This document shows positions 1 to 9,498 of a DNA stretch of 64,000 nt, piece by piece. Below the pieces are notes generated by a model that searched no databases, was not told the origin of the DNA, and was given only the letters and a program-made list of their open reading frames with translations. Position 1 is the stretch's first letter, and every line of letters begins with the position of its first letter. The position numbers were made by a program, and so were the translations under genes. The stretch is from Candidatus Krumholzibacteriia bacterium (lineage in GTDB: Bacteria > Krumholzibacteriota > Krumholzibacteriia > JAJRXK01): assembly GCA_041484665.1 (NCBI GenBank), contig JBGPIA010000001.1:896001-960000 (forward strand), written 5' to 3'.

Positions 1-36
1 CTTATTGAGCACTACGAGACGGACTACGCGACTTGA
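1..36 (+). CDS. possible 3' end of a gene running in from the left edge (LIEHYETDYAT*)
   Basis: Open frame 1 ending at TGA 34-36; too short to identify. Confidence 0.3.
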   Translation, partial: LIEHYETDYAT

Positions 37-372
37 TGCTGACCTCTGGCTTTCCGGACATCGGGCGATGGGAGAGCGGTCCTGCCTGGGCGGAGAGGCG
101 AGTGGCGGATGGCGGGGCAGTCTGGTCCGCTCAGCCGCCGCGCGGCCCCGCGGGTTTGGTCACCCCGGCGCCGTTCAACACCAGGAGATTACGCCATTTC
201 CATTTTCTACAGGACTCGGGACGCTACCCTGGGCAAGCTCGAATCGATTGAACCTGACGGGTGGGCGGGCGTAGGAACAGCTCGCCCTCTTGCAGCCCTG
301 TGCGCCAGCCGCAGGCAAGCTGGTGAGCGGCCCTGCGACGACCCCAGTACGAGTTGGGGCCTTGCCCGGACG

Positions 373-627
373 TCAACGGTCCAGCTGCGGTGTAAGGCGC
401 GCCCGCTCGAGCACGGCGCGGGTCGTGGTGTTCAGCCCCGCAAAGTCCGCGGCGCGCTCCAGGGCCCGTTGCTGCGTTTGCACTTCGAACAGCTCCGCGC
501 GCTTTGCCAACGCGAGATCCCACCACGCCCCGGAAGGCTGTACGTGTCCGCCGGCATCGCGGCGGCGAAACGCGCCGAGCGCGGCCTCCAGCAGCAGCTC
601 GTGAGCGCCGGATGGCGTGCGGCTCAT
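373..627 (-). CDS. small hypothetical protein (84 aa), candidate soluble anti-sigma or partner protein
   Basis: ATG 627-625 overlaps the sigma factor stop (ATGA); globular-looking sequence MSRTPSGAHELLLEAALGAFRRRD...AWWDL...GLNTTTRAVLER. Confidence 0.7.
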   Translation of the reverse strand: MSRTPSGAHELLLEAALGAFRRRDAGGHVQPSGAWWDLALAKRAELFEVQTQQRALERAADFAGLNTTTRAVLERARLTPQLDR

Positions 628-1403
628 GCCAGGAGCTCCTCGAGCGGGACGCCGTGGCGGCGTAGGCATTCGGCCACGAGCTTGCGCGCCCGCACCACGT
701 TTTGCAGGAAGGTGTTCGTTTGCATGCCCACAGCGGCCGCCAGGTCGCGGTCCGCGTTGCGCCCGGCATCGGCGAGCCGGGCCGCGAGCGCCGCGCGCGG
801 TGGTCGTGGCAGTTTCTCGATGCACGCGCGGATGATCCGGCCCAGTGACGGATCGGGGACGGGGGCGGGATCCGAGCTCGGCTGCGGCGCACGCTCGAGC
901 TGCTCGAGCTCCAGCGGAGCGAAGATCCGCAAGCGCTTGGCCTCCTGCAGGGCGAGGTTTCGTACGACGCGCATCGCATAGCGCAAGCTGGCGTTCTCAC
1001 CCTGCAGATCTCGCGTTCGAGCGAGCACCCACATGCGCAGCAGCCCTTCCTGCAGCACGGCCTCCACGTCGACGCCGCGAGCGAACGGCCGCAGGCTCGC
1101 GCGCAGCGGCGGCTCCGCTGCGGCGACCCAGGTGGCGAAGGCGTCCACGTCACCCTGCCCGGCGCGGCGGTAGGCCGCGTCGACGCCATCCGTGGGCGCC
1201 GCGCTGTCGGGCGCGCCGCCGGGCGCGGCGGCAGGCGCCGACGCAGGGGCCAGACCCGAGCTGGCTCCGCTGTCAGACCGGGCGCCGGCCGCGGCGTCAG
1301 GTGCGGCGGCGGCCGCGGACGCGGACGCAGCGCCGACCGGCTGGCGCTCAGGGCCGGCCGGCCGGGCAGCGCGCTCGCGGCGGTTGGAACGTGCGCCTCG
1401 CAT
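624..1403 (-). CDS. ECF-type RNA polymerase sigma factor with Ala/Pro-rich N-terminal extension
   Basis: Region-2-like 'DVEAVLQEGLLRMW...YAMRVVRNLALQEAKR' and region-4-like 'CIEKLPRPPRAAL...DLAAAVGMQTNTFLQNVVRARKLVAECL'; ATG overlaps the upstream TGA (TGATG). Confidence 0.8.
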   Translation of the reverse strand: MRGARSNRRERAARPAGPERQPVGAASASAAAAAPDAAAGARSDSGASSGLAPASAPAAAPGGAPDSAAPTDGVDAAYRRAGQGDVDAFATWVAAAEPPLRASLRPFARGVDVEAVLQEGLLRMWVLARTRDLQGENASLRYAMRVVRNLALQEAKRLRIFAPLELEQLERAPQPSSDPAPVPDPSLGRIIRACIEKLPRPPRAALAARLADAGRNADRDLAAAVGMQTNTFLQNVVRARKLVAECLRRHGVPLEELLA

Positions 1404-3898
1404 CAGTCCACGGTCTCCGGGTGGAGCGGGATCTCGACCATGATCACGGCGGACCGGTCCGCCGATCGGACCCATACCAACACCTTAACCACGCGCCAGG
1501 GGCTACCGTCGGCGGTGCGCAGCACCAGCCGCAGCGTCAGCCCAGCCGCGTACGGCCCGGGACGGGTGCTGAGCGGATCCACGGTCGCCTGCAACTCGAC
1601 CCGCGCTGCGGTGTCGGCGCGGAACGCCTCCGCGGCGATCGTGCCAGTTGTGGCCAGCTCGAAGCCGTCCCACGGCGACTCGAACTCGAGCACCAGGAGA
1701 TCACCGTCCACACGCAGGCACCGTGCAGCCACGATGACCGCCCCCGGGGGCGCCGGCCCTGTTCGTCGGGCACCTGCGAGCTTGCCGAGCACGCCCGCCA
1801 GTCCTGGAATTGCGCGAGCGCTCATCCGGGTTGGCGGGGGCGGAGCCGAGATGTGCCCGAGGACGCTCTCGAGCATTCGACCGGATTCCACGATCCCGAC
1901 GGAAGTGGCGCAGTCCACCTCGAGCTTGCGCAATGCCGGGAGCCCGACACCGGCCAGCCCCACGCCCTCGGCGCTCACACCGGCGGGCAGCTCCACTGCC
2001 AGGCGCTGGCGGCGGCGTGGCTCGAGCGGATCCACGGTGGGTGTCTCCGCGATGGCGACTAGACTGGTTTCTCGCGTGACGATGCGATGGCGCAGCCCAA
2101 GCTGCTCGATCCGCTGAGGGATCCCCACGAAGTCGCCGGAGGCGCGAGGCTCCTCGTCCAGCATCCACGGCGTCGCCGCCGCTGTGAGATGCATCTCCTC
2201 ATCAGCCACTGCCTCGCGGCCGAACGCGGCTCCCAGCGGCAGGTCGGTGTGGGGCCACGGTGACGGGCCATCCGCCGGAGCGATCTGTACGGTCGTCGTC
2301 CAGGAATCGCCGGAGCCCAGCTCACCCCCGAGCTCGACGGTGCCCCCTGCGGGCGCCAGCTCCAGCAGGGCCAAGAGGGGCTGGCCGGCCAGGACGTCGC
2401 GCGGCCGCGCCGGCGCCTGCGCGAGCACCGCCGTGCCCCCGATGTGGAGGTCGGTGAGCAGGGGAGCCACCGTTGCGCCAAGCAGGCGCTGGCCGCCCGC
2501 CGCAAGCTCCATCTCGCTGCCCAAGAGGACCTCGACGCCGCGGCCGGCACGCGAAGCACCCTGCGTCAGCGTGCGGTTGGGCGCCGCGCCGATGCCCACC
2601 GTGTGCAGCCGCGCGCCAGCGGGCAGGTCGCGCAGCACGTGGGCGATCACCTCGTCCTCGAACCCGATGTAGCCGTCGGTGATCAGGACCACCTGGCGCT
2701 GCGAGCCAGGCCGCAGCGGACACAGCGCGTCCCGGATGGCGTGCGCCATCTCGGTCCCCCCGCCGGCGTGCAGCTTGCGCAGAGCCTCGCTCGCCTTGTT
2801 GAGGTTGGGTGGTGACGACTCGCAGGGCCCCTTCACCAGCGGCTTGCGCTCCGTCGCGAAGGCGATGAGCTCGAACCGGTCGCGCGGGGTGAGGCTGCGC
2901 AACAGCTGCTCGGCGAGCTGCTTCGCGAGCTCCAGCTGGTGTCCGTCCATCGACCCGCTGCAATCCAACAGCAGCGTGAGATCGCGCGCCATGACCGGTT
3001 GCGGCTGCGCCGGCGGCGTAAGGGTCAACAGCGCGTAGCGGCCGTTATCGCCGGGCAGCCCGCCGCCCTCGACCAGGCGGACGCCGACCGACGCCTCCGC
3101 CGTCTGCCACGTGACCACCAAATCGCGATCCAAGCGCGCGGGCTCGGCCAGCGCGAGCCGGCAGCCGCCGTCGGGACCGGCCTCCACGTGGAGGTCGTGG
3201 GAGGGCGACCGCGGAGCGATCCATTGTGGCGTCCCATCCGCCAACAGCAGGTCGAGCGTCAGGCGGACCGGCGTGCCGTTCGCGTCGGCGCGGTCGGCAT
3301 CGAGACGTTGCGCATCCTGCACGCGTCCGGGCGCACCCTCGAAGCGCACACCTACCACGGTGGGGAACCGGTATTCCCAGCGGCCGGCCAGCGCGCCCGT
3401 GCCGCGCTCGATGCACGTGCCGCGCTTCGCCTGCTCGCCCGAAGGCACTCCGTCCGCGCTCGCCCTGGGATGGAACGCCAGCGGGTGCAGCACGTCGATC
3501 TCTACCTCCACGGGCGTTGCGGGCGGCAGGCAGCCCAGGCTCTGGGTGAAGGTGTCGGCGCGGTCCTGCTCGAGCAACCCGGCGGTGCGACCCTCCTCGA
3601 GTGCCTTCCGGTAGGCCTTCCTGGCCTCCATCCGCGACTCGATCTGGCCGGTGATGACCGTCTCGCCCATGCGGATCGTGTAGCCGAACATCGACCCGTC
3701 GGCCGGCAACGCCAGCGTGTAGAGCACCTCGAGCGGCTCGCCGTAGGGGTTGTCGTAGCTCTGGCAGAACGTGGTTCTCGCGAGCCCTCCCGCGGCGCGG
3801 GCGCGGATGGCGGCGCGCTTGAGTGGAAAGGCCCGGCCGTCCACGGCCAGCAGGCCCGTAGGGCGCTGGATCAAGGCTTGGAATGCATTGGCGGGCAT
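1403..3898 (-). CDS. VIT + von Willebrand factor A domain protein
   Basis: N-terminal VIT domain (QSYDNPYGEPLEVLYTLALP...FTQSLGCLPP); vWA MIDAS motif DCSGSM, GGGTE, LITDG, TVGIG; no signal peptide. Confidence 0.9.
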   Translation of the reverse strand: MPANAFQALIQRPTGLLAVDGRAFPLKRAAIRARAAGGLARTTFCQSYDNPYGEPLEVLYTLALPADGSMFGYTIRMGETVITGQIESRMEARKAYRKALEEGRTAGLLEQDRADTFTQSLGCLPPATPVEVEIDVLHPLAFHPRASADGVPSGEQAKRGTCIERGTGALAGRWEYRFPTVVGVRFEGAPGRVQDAQRLDADRADANGTPVRLTLDLLLADGTPQWIAPRSPSHDLHVEAGPDGGCRLALAEPARLDRDLVVTWQTAEASVGVRLVEGGGLPGDNGRYALLTLTPPAQPQPVMARDLTLLLDCSGSMDGHQLELAKQLAEQLLRSLTPRDRFELIAFATERKPLVKGPCESSPPNLNKASEALRKLHAGGGTEMAHAIRDALCPLRPGSQRQVVLITDGYIGFEDEVIAHVLRDLPAGARLHTVGIGAAPNRTLTQGASRAGRGVEVLLGSEMELAAGGQRLLGATVAPLLTDLHIGGTAVLAQAPARPRDVLAGQPLLALLELAPAGGTVELGGELGSGDSWTTTVQIAPADGPSPWPHTDLPLGAAFGREAVADEEMHLTAAATPWMLDEEPRASGDFVGIPQRIEQLGLRHRIVTRETSLVAIAETPTVDPLEPRRRQRLAVELPAGVSAEGVGLAGVGLPALRKLEVDCATSVGIVESGRMLESVLGHISAPPPPTRMSARAIPGLAGVLGKLAGARRTGPAPPGAVIVAARCLRVDGDLLVLEFESPWDGFELATTGTIAAEAFRADTAARVELQATVDPLSTRPGPYAAGLTLRLVLRTADGSPWRVVKVLVWVRSADRSAVIMVEIPLHPETVD

Positions 3899-4165
3899 GG
3901 TCCTTCCTCCCGGTCGGGGCGCCTCGTTGGCTGCGCGATCGCGGCGGCTCGGGCGGCCCCCGTGGCGACGTCCATGCGGTCAATGCGCGAGGGGCTCGGT
4001 TGGTGACAAGGAATCCGCCCTGCCGTGAGGTGGCTGGGGGCGGGCCGGATGCCGGGTCGGCGCCGCAGCGGGGGCTAAGAGGCTGGCGCCGCAGAGACAC
4101 GGGGCGCCCCGGCGTGGGGCCGAGGCGCCCCGCGGGGGCGACGATGGAGAACCGCCGCCCCGGCC

Positions 4166-5539
4166 CTACTGGCCGCCGGGGGCTTGCGGTTGCTGCATCG
4201 CCTCGAGCTTCTTCTTCAGCGCCGTGATGGCGTCCTCCGACCGCTGGCCCGGTGGCAGGCTCTCGGCCAGACGGAGCGCCTCCTCCAGCGTCTTGCGCGC
4301 CGCAGCGGTATCGCCGCGTCCGACGTAGCTGTTGACGCGCGTCTGCAGGATCCTCAGCTGGCGCGGGCCGTAGGCCTTGGCGAGCGCCCGATCGTTGGCT
4401 GCCAGCGCTTCGTCCCATTTCTTCATGGCGTTGTAGGCCGTTGCCAGCCGCGCCGGCGGATTGTAATCATCTGGGAGATCGCGCTCGGACTGCTCCAGCA
4501 TGGGGACCGCCCGCTCGGGCTGCCCCAGCTCGATGTACGCGTCGAGTCGGTGCGGATCGTAGACCGCGCGCTCATCGGCCGTCTTCGCCTTGGCCGCTTC
4601 CCCATCCAGGAACGCCGACCATGCCGCAGCAACCTGCTTCGCGCCTGCCACGTCGTTGGCATCCTGCCGCGCGCTCAGCAGCGCGATGTAGGTTCCCGAC
4701 CGGTCGTCGGCCGCAATGGGAAGAGAGAGGTCGGCCACCACCGCGCGCGCGTCCGCTTCCAGCGCGGCGACCAGCCGCGGGCGCATCGTGTCGTCGGCCG
4801 CAAGATTGAGGGCACAGTCCAGACCGCTACCGGCCACGTTGGCCGCCGACGGCGTGGTGCGCACCCTCGGGAAGGCTGCGAGGGCGAGCTGCGCGCCCGC
4901 CGCGTTCTGATCGGTGGCCGAAAGGGCGAACAGCAGCGCGTCGACGGTCCGCGCGTAGTGCGGCCAGTCCTTCGGCGCTTTCGCCAGTGCGTCGCGGTAG
5001 GCGGTGGCGGCCTCGGCGTTGCTGCCCGCTCCGTAGAGCTGGTCGGCGCGCGCCAGGACCTGGTCTGCCCCCAAGCCCTTGGTCCTGCCCTTGTTCTTGA
5101 AGGCAAGCTGCGCCTCATCGAGGAGCTTGTGGAGCTGCGGCACTGTCGCTCCACCTACCCAGCGCAGCACGACCTTCTCGTCGTTGGGGTCGACGACGAG
5201 GTACGTCGGGAGAGCCTCGACGGGGAACTTCTGTTTGACCGAAGCGTTCTCACGCTTCTCGGTGTTGATCTCCAGCCAGACGAACCGCCCGGCCTGCTCC
5301 TTGAGGGACTCATCCGTGAAGACGAAGGCCCTCATCGAGCGGCAGGTGTGTCACCACGGGGCCCAGCTGTCGATGAAGATCGGCACCTTCTTGGCCTTCG
5401 CCTGCGCGAGCGCTCCGGCGTAGTCGTCCTGCACCCAGGGCAGGACCGCCGGTTTGGACGGCGCGCTCGCAGCAACAGCCATAGAAGCGAAGAACGCCAG
5501 CGTCACCGGCAGAGCGGTGATGGCAGCTAGCGTTTTCAT
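4166..5539 (-). CDS. secreted thioredoxin-family + TPR protein, probable selenoprotein (UxxC, Sec at codon 63)
   Basis: Track ORFs 5351..5740 and 4166..5335 are in one frame, separated by a single TGA (5353-5351) in IFIDSWAPW-U-HTCRSM; signal peptide from ATG 5539; cis-Pro loop EALPT; C-terminal TPR-like helices. Confidence 0.82.
5293..5346 (-). promoter_or_regulatory. candidate SECIS-like stem-loop directly 3' of the in-frame UGA
   Basis: Hand fold: CCUGC/GCAGG outer arm, UGAGGG/CCCUCA stem and a short apical helix, starting 4 nt after UGA. No G in the apical loop in my fold, so it is non-canonical. Confidence 0.55.
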
Positions 5540-5785
5540 GCCGCAAAGGTACCAGATCACCCCGGAGGCGGCCAGCGGACACTGGCCGCCGGACACTTGC
5601 TGCCGCCGCTGGAGCGGCCGACGACCCCCTGGGAAACCTTCCCGCCTTCGAGTTTGTCGCGGGTGCGGTCGCGGACCGATCTGGTATCCTGAGCTCGCGT
5701 GCGCTGGCGGGAGCCACCGAGCTTGCCGTGCGGCGGTCATCGACGCTCGATGCGTCCGCAGGACATGAAAGGAGCGGCCGGCCCC

Positions 5786-8131
5786 ATGGCCCGCCTGGTG
5801 CCATATCCGTTCGGACTGCTCGTCACCCGCATGATCCGCGAGCTGGAGCAGAGCCAGTCAGCCTTCGACCTGCCGGTCACGAAGTTCTTCCGTCCGCTTG
5901 CGGACAAAGACCTTTCGGTGACGTTCCAGGGCCAGCGCGCCTCCTCGCCGCTGGGGCCGGCTGCCGGCCCCCACACCCAGATGGCGCAGAACCTGGCGCT
6001 CTCGTGGCTGGCCGGCTCGCGCATCCTCGAGCTCAAGACCGTCCAGATCCTCGACCAGCTGGTCATCCCACGGCCGTGCATCGACATGCGCACGGTCGGC
6101 TTCAATGCCGAGTGGTCGCAGGAGCTGACCCTGGAAGAGTCGCTGGAGGAGTACGTCAAGGGTGCTATGCTGATCGAGATCCTGCGCTTTGGGGGCTTCC
6201 TGCCGGCCGTGGCCGACGGCAGCGAGACGCTCTTCGACATGAGCGTCGGCTACGATTACGCGGGCATCAGCAGCCAGCGAGTGCGTGCGTTCATCCACGG
6301 GATGCGCAACGCCCGCCCGCTGGTCGACCGCCTGCGTTCCGAGATCCCGCCGCACTGGAAGCAGCTGCGCGACCTCGACTTCCCCACTCGGTTGTCCGAC
6401 AACATCACACTCAGCACGTTCCACGGCTGCCCACCCGGCGAGATCGAGCGGATCGTCGACTTCCTGCTGCGGGAGCTGGGGCTGAGCTGCGTGATCAAGC
6501 TCAACCCCATGCTGCTGGGCAAGGAGGAGACGCGCCGGCTGCTGCACGACGTGATGGGCTATCGCGCGCTGCGCGCGCCGGATGCGGCCTTCGACCGCGA
6601 CCTGACCTGGGAGCAGGCAGTGGAGATCGTGCCGCGGCTGGGTGCGACGGCACAGACGTGCGGCCTGCACCTGGGAGTGAAGTTCTCCAACACGCTGGTC
6701 GTGGAGAACGACGCGAGCTTCCTGCCGGCCGAGGCGCGCGAGGTATATCTGTCGGGCCCGCCGTTGCACGTACTGGCGATGAGCCTCGTGCTGCGGCTGC
6801 GGCGCGAGTTCGGCGACCGCTTCCCCATCTCGTTCTCGGCGGGGATCGACCGCAGCAACTTCCCCGATGCGGCAGCGTTGGGGCTCGTGCCGATCACGGT
6901 GTGCACCGATCTGCTGAAGACGGGCGGCTACGGACGGCTGCCGGCCTATTATCGCGAGCTCGCGGTGCGCATGGATGCCGTCGGCGCCTGTACCGTCGAT
7001 GATTTCGTCCTGCGCGCGCACGGACAGACGGAGGCGGCGCTGTTGCAGTGCGGGCTGGCCGACGATGATCCCGCCCGCCACCGCTGCCTCGACGCCCTCA
7101 CCGCGGCCGGTGATGTGCGCGCGGCTGCAGTTGGCGACCCGCGCGCGGCTGCGGGTGGCGACCTGCGGACGGCTGCTGCTGGGAGCCTGCCGGCGGCCGC
7201 AGGGAGCGACCTGCACGCTGCCGCGGGCGACGCTCTCTACGCGCGGTGGGTCTCGCAAGCGCGGCTGCTGAACACCGAGCGCTACGTGCACGCCATCACC
7301 GAGCACGCCCATGATCCCGACTCGCACTACGGCCGCGCCCACAACGCGCGCGCGCCGCGCAAGATCGGCCGCCACCTGCAGCTGTTCGATTGCATCAGCT
7401 GCGACAAGTGCATCCCCGTCTGCCCCAACGACGCCATGTTCGCCCTCCGCCCAGAGCGCGGCGTGCTGGCCGTCGTCATGTTGCGACGCGCCGACGGCGG
7501 ATGGCGGTGGGATCGCGAGGGCAGCCTTGAGCTGCACGAGGAGCACCAGATCGCAACCTTCGTCGACTTCTGCAATGATTGCGGCAACTGCGACGTCTTC
7601 TGCCCCGAGGATGGAGGCCCCTACCGGGTGAAGCCCCGTTTCTTCGGCAGCCGGGAGGGCTGGGAGCACGGGCGGCCGTTGGATGGCCTGTTCGTGCAGC
7701 GGCGCGGCGGCCGCGACCTTGTGCTGGGCCGATTCGGCGGGGAGGAGTATCGTCTGGAGGTTTCCGCTGGGTGGCTCGAGTATTCTGGCGTCGGCTTCCA
7801 TGTCCGGTTCCAGGAGTCGAGCCCGCAGGCGACGCTCCAGGTCCAGGGCAAGGGCGAATCAGGCCGGCTCCACCCAGTGCCGATCCCCGACGAGGTGGAC
7901 CTGACCTGGTGCTACATCATGGACCGCATCCGCCAGGGGATCCTGGACCCCACGCACGTGAACTACGTGAACACCACCAGCACCACAAGCACCACCAGCG
8001 TCACCGGCGCCACGGGCGCCACCGAGGCCACCGGGGCCAACACTGCCTTGGACGCGAGCCATGCCGCCGACACGGCTGACACCCGCAACACACCCCACAC
8101 GCCCAACACCCCCAACACTCCACCCCGCTGA
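5786..8131 (+). CDS. ygfK: YgfK-like (putative selenate reductase family) FMN/Fe-S oxidoreductase, shortened form
   Basis: GPAAGPHTQMAQN, ELKTVQ, PRPCID, TLSTFHGCPPGEIERI, KLNP, LSGPPL, TVCTDLLKTGGY motifs; C-terminal CxxCxxCxxxCP ferredoxin motifs (CISCDKCIPVCP, CNDCGNCDVFCP). Confidence 0.85.
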   Translation: MARLVPYPFGLLVTRMIRELEQSQSAFDLPVTKFFRPLADKDLSVTFQGQRASSPLGPAAGPHTQMAQNLALSWLAGSRILELKTVQILDQLVIPRPCIDMRTVGFNAEWSQELTLEESLEEYVKGAMLIEILRFGGFLPAVADGSETLFDMSVGYDYAGISSQRVRAFIHGMRNARPLVDRLRSEIPPHWKQLRDLDFPTRLSDNITLSTFHGCPPGEIERIVDFLLRELGLSCVIKLNPMLLGKEETRRLLHDVMGYRALRAPDAAFDRDLTWEQAVEIVPRLGATAQTCGLHLGVKFSNTLVVENDASFLPAEAREVYLSGPPLHVLAMSLVLRLRREFGDRFPISFSAGIDRSNFPDAAALGLVPITVCTDLLKTGGYGRLPAYYRELAVRMDAVGACTVDDFVLRAHGQTEAALLQCGLADDDPARHRCLDALTAAGDVRAAAVGDPRAAAGGDLRTAAAGSLPAAAGSDLHAAAGDALYARWVSQARLLNTERYVHAITEHAHDPDSHYGRAHNARAPRKIGRHLQLFDCISCDKCIPVCPNDAMFALRPERGVLAVVMLRRADGGWRWDREGSLELHEEHQIATFVDFCNDCGNCDVFCPEDGGPYRVKPRFFGSREGWEHGRPLDGLFVQRRGGRDLVLGRFGGEEYRLEVSAGWLEYSGVGFHVRFQESSPQATLQVQGKGESGRLHPVPIPDEVDLTWCYIMDRIRQGILDPTHVNYVNTTSTTSTTSVTGATGATEATGANTALDASHAADTADTRNTPHTPNTPNTPPR
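7109..7231 (+). repeat. about 5 degenerate in-frame 24-bp repeats (GDxRAAAx) inside ygfK
   Basis: Translation GDVRAAAV GDPRAAAG GDLRTAAA GSLPAAAG SDLHAAAG. Confidence 0.7.
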
Positions 8132-8156
8132 ACCGGATCCTCGCGAGGCTGCACGC

Positions 8157-9326
8157 ATGAGCTCCAACGATCGCGCCCGCAAGCTCCTCGATTGCATCGA
8201 CGGCCGCGCGCTCGCAGCGCTGCACGGGCGCAGCATGATGCTGACGCAGGATTGGTCCCGCGCCGAGCTGGATGTCGTCTGCGCGCTGGCAGATGTATTC
8301 GATACACTCGACCGTGCCGGCGTGCCGGCGCCGCTCTTCCCGCAGCAGCTGTTCTACGCCCTGTTCTTCGACAACTCCACGCGCACCAAGTCGAGCTGGG
8401 CAGGAGCGGCGGCGCGCTTGGGCGCGCAACCGTTCGTGGCCGACGCCGCAAGCACCCAGCTGGCGCACGGCGAGACCGCGCAGGAGACGGGCGCCATGCT
8501 GGGCATGAACTCCCACGCCCTGGGCATCCGCCACGACCTGATCCTCGGCGAGGGCAACCGGTTCATGCGCGAAGCGGCAGCGGGAATCGCCGAGTACTTG
8601 CGCGCGCACGGCGAGAGCCGCGTAGTCCCGGTGGTCAACCTCCAGTGCGACGTCGACCATCCCACGCAGACGCTGGCCGACCTGTGCTGGCTGCACGAGC
8701 GGTTCCCCGATGGCCTGGCCGGCCGGACCGTCGCGGTGAGCTGGGCGTATTCACCCAGCTACGCCAAGCCGCTCTCGGTGCCGCAGGGGCTGATCATGCT
8801 GCTCACCCGCTTCGGCATGCACGTGCGCTTGGCGCATCCTCCGGGGTACGGCTTGATGCCCGACTGCCTGCAGGCTGCGGCGCGCAACGCCAAGGAGCAC
8901 GGCGGGAGCTTCAGCGAGTCCGGCAGCATGGACGAGGCGTTCTCCGGCGCCGATATCGTGTACCCCAAGAGCTGGGGTCCCTACGACCTCATGTTCGACC
9001 GCGTGGAGGCCAACCGCCGCCGCAATACCGCCCGCATGAAGGAGATCGAGAGCGCGGCGCTATCGCGCAACAAGCAGCATGTCGACTGGATCTGCGACGA
9101 GCGGCGCATGCGGCTCACCCGCGGGGGCGGCGCGCTCTACATGCACTGCCTGCCCGCCGACATCGGCGCGGAGGTCAGCGCCGGCGTCATGGACCAACAC
9201 CGCATCGACGTTGCGCGCGAGGCGAACAAGAAGGTCTACGTCATCATGGCGCTGCTGGCCGTCGCCAAGGAGCCCCAGCTGCGCGAGCGGCTCGCAGCCT
9301 GCATCGCGGCAGTGTCTGGCCGGTGA
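8157..9326 (+). CDS. ygeW: YgeW-type (knotted) carbamoyltransferase
   Basis: DNSTRT, QLAHGET, NLQCDVDHPTQ, SWAYSPSYAKPLSVPQG, DIVYPKSW, LYMHCLPADI. Confidence 0.9.
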   Translation: MSSNDRARKLLDCIDGRALAALHGRSMMLTQDWSRAELDVVCALADVFDTLDRAGVPAPLFPQQLFYALFFDNSTRTKSSWAGAAARLGAQPFVADAASTQLAHGETAQETGAMLGMNSHALGIRHDLILGEGNRFMREAAAGIAEYLRAHGESRVVPVVNLQCDVDHPTQTLADLCWLHERFPDGLAGRTVAVSWAYSPSYAKPLSVPQGLIMLLTRFGMHVRLAHPPGYGLMPDCLQAAARNAKEHGGSFSESGSMDEAFSGADIVYPKSWGPYDLMFDRVEANRRRNTARMKEIESAALSRNKQHVDWICDERRMRLTRGGGALYMHCLPADIGAEVSAGVMDQHRIDVAREANKKVYVIMALLAVAKEPQLRERLAACIAAVSGR

Positions 9327-9442
9327 CGGCGCACCATCGACGATGATCCGACGCTTGCGGAGCAACGAGGGACGGACGCCCCGGGTCCAGCAACGAATCG
9401 ACGCTCCCGCTCAACGAAGCACCAACGCCCCAGGGCCAACGA

Positions 9443-9485
9443 AGTACCGACGACAGTACCGAGACATCACAGTACCGAGACATCA
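9443..9485 (+). repeat. 16-bp tandem duplication (ACAGTACCGAGACATC x2) plus a partial copy, just before the ygeY RBS
   Basis: Copies at 9453-9468 and 9469-9484; AGTACCGA also at 9443-9450; AAGGAG follows. Confidence 0.8.
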
Positions 9486-9498
9486 AGGAGATTGCCCG

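Noticed and set aside
37..372. IS end or small gene near the left edge
   Set aside because: The AT-richer patch at about 185-230 is suggestive, but no partner repeat or transposase is visible.
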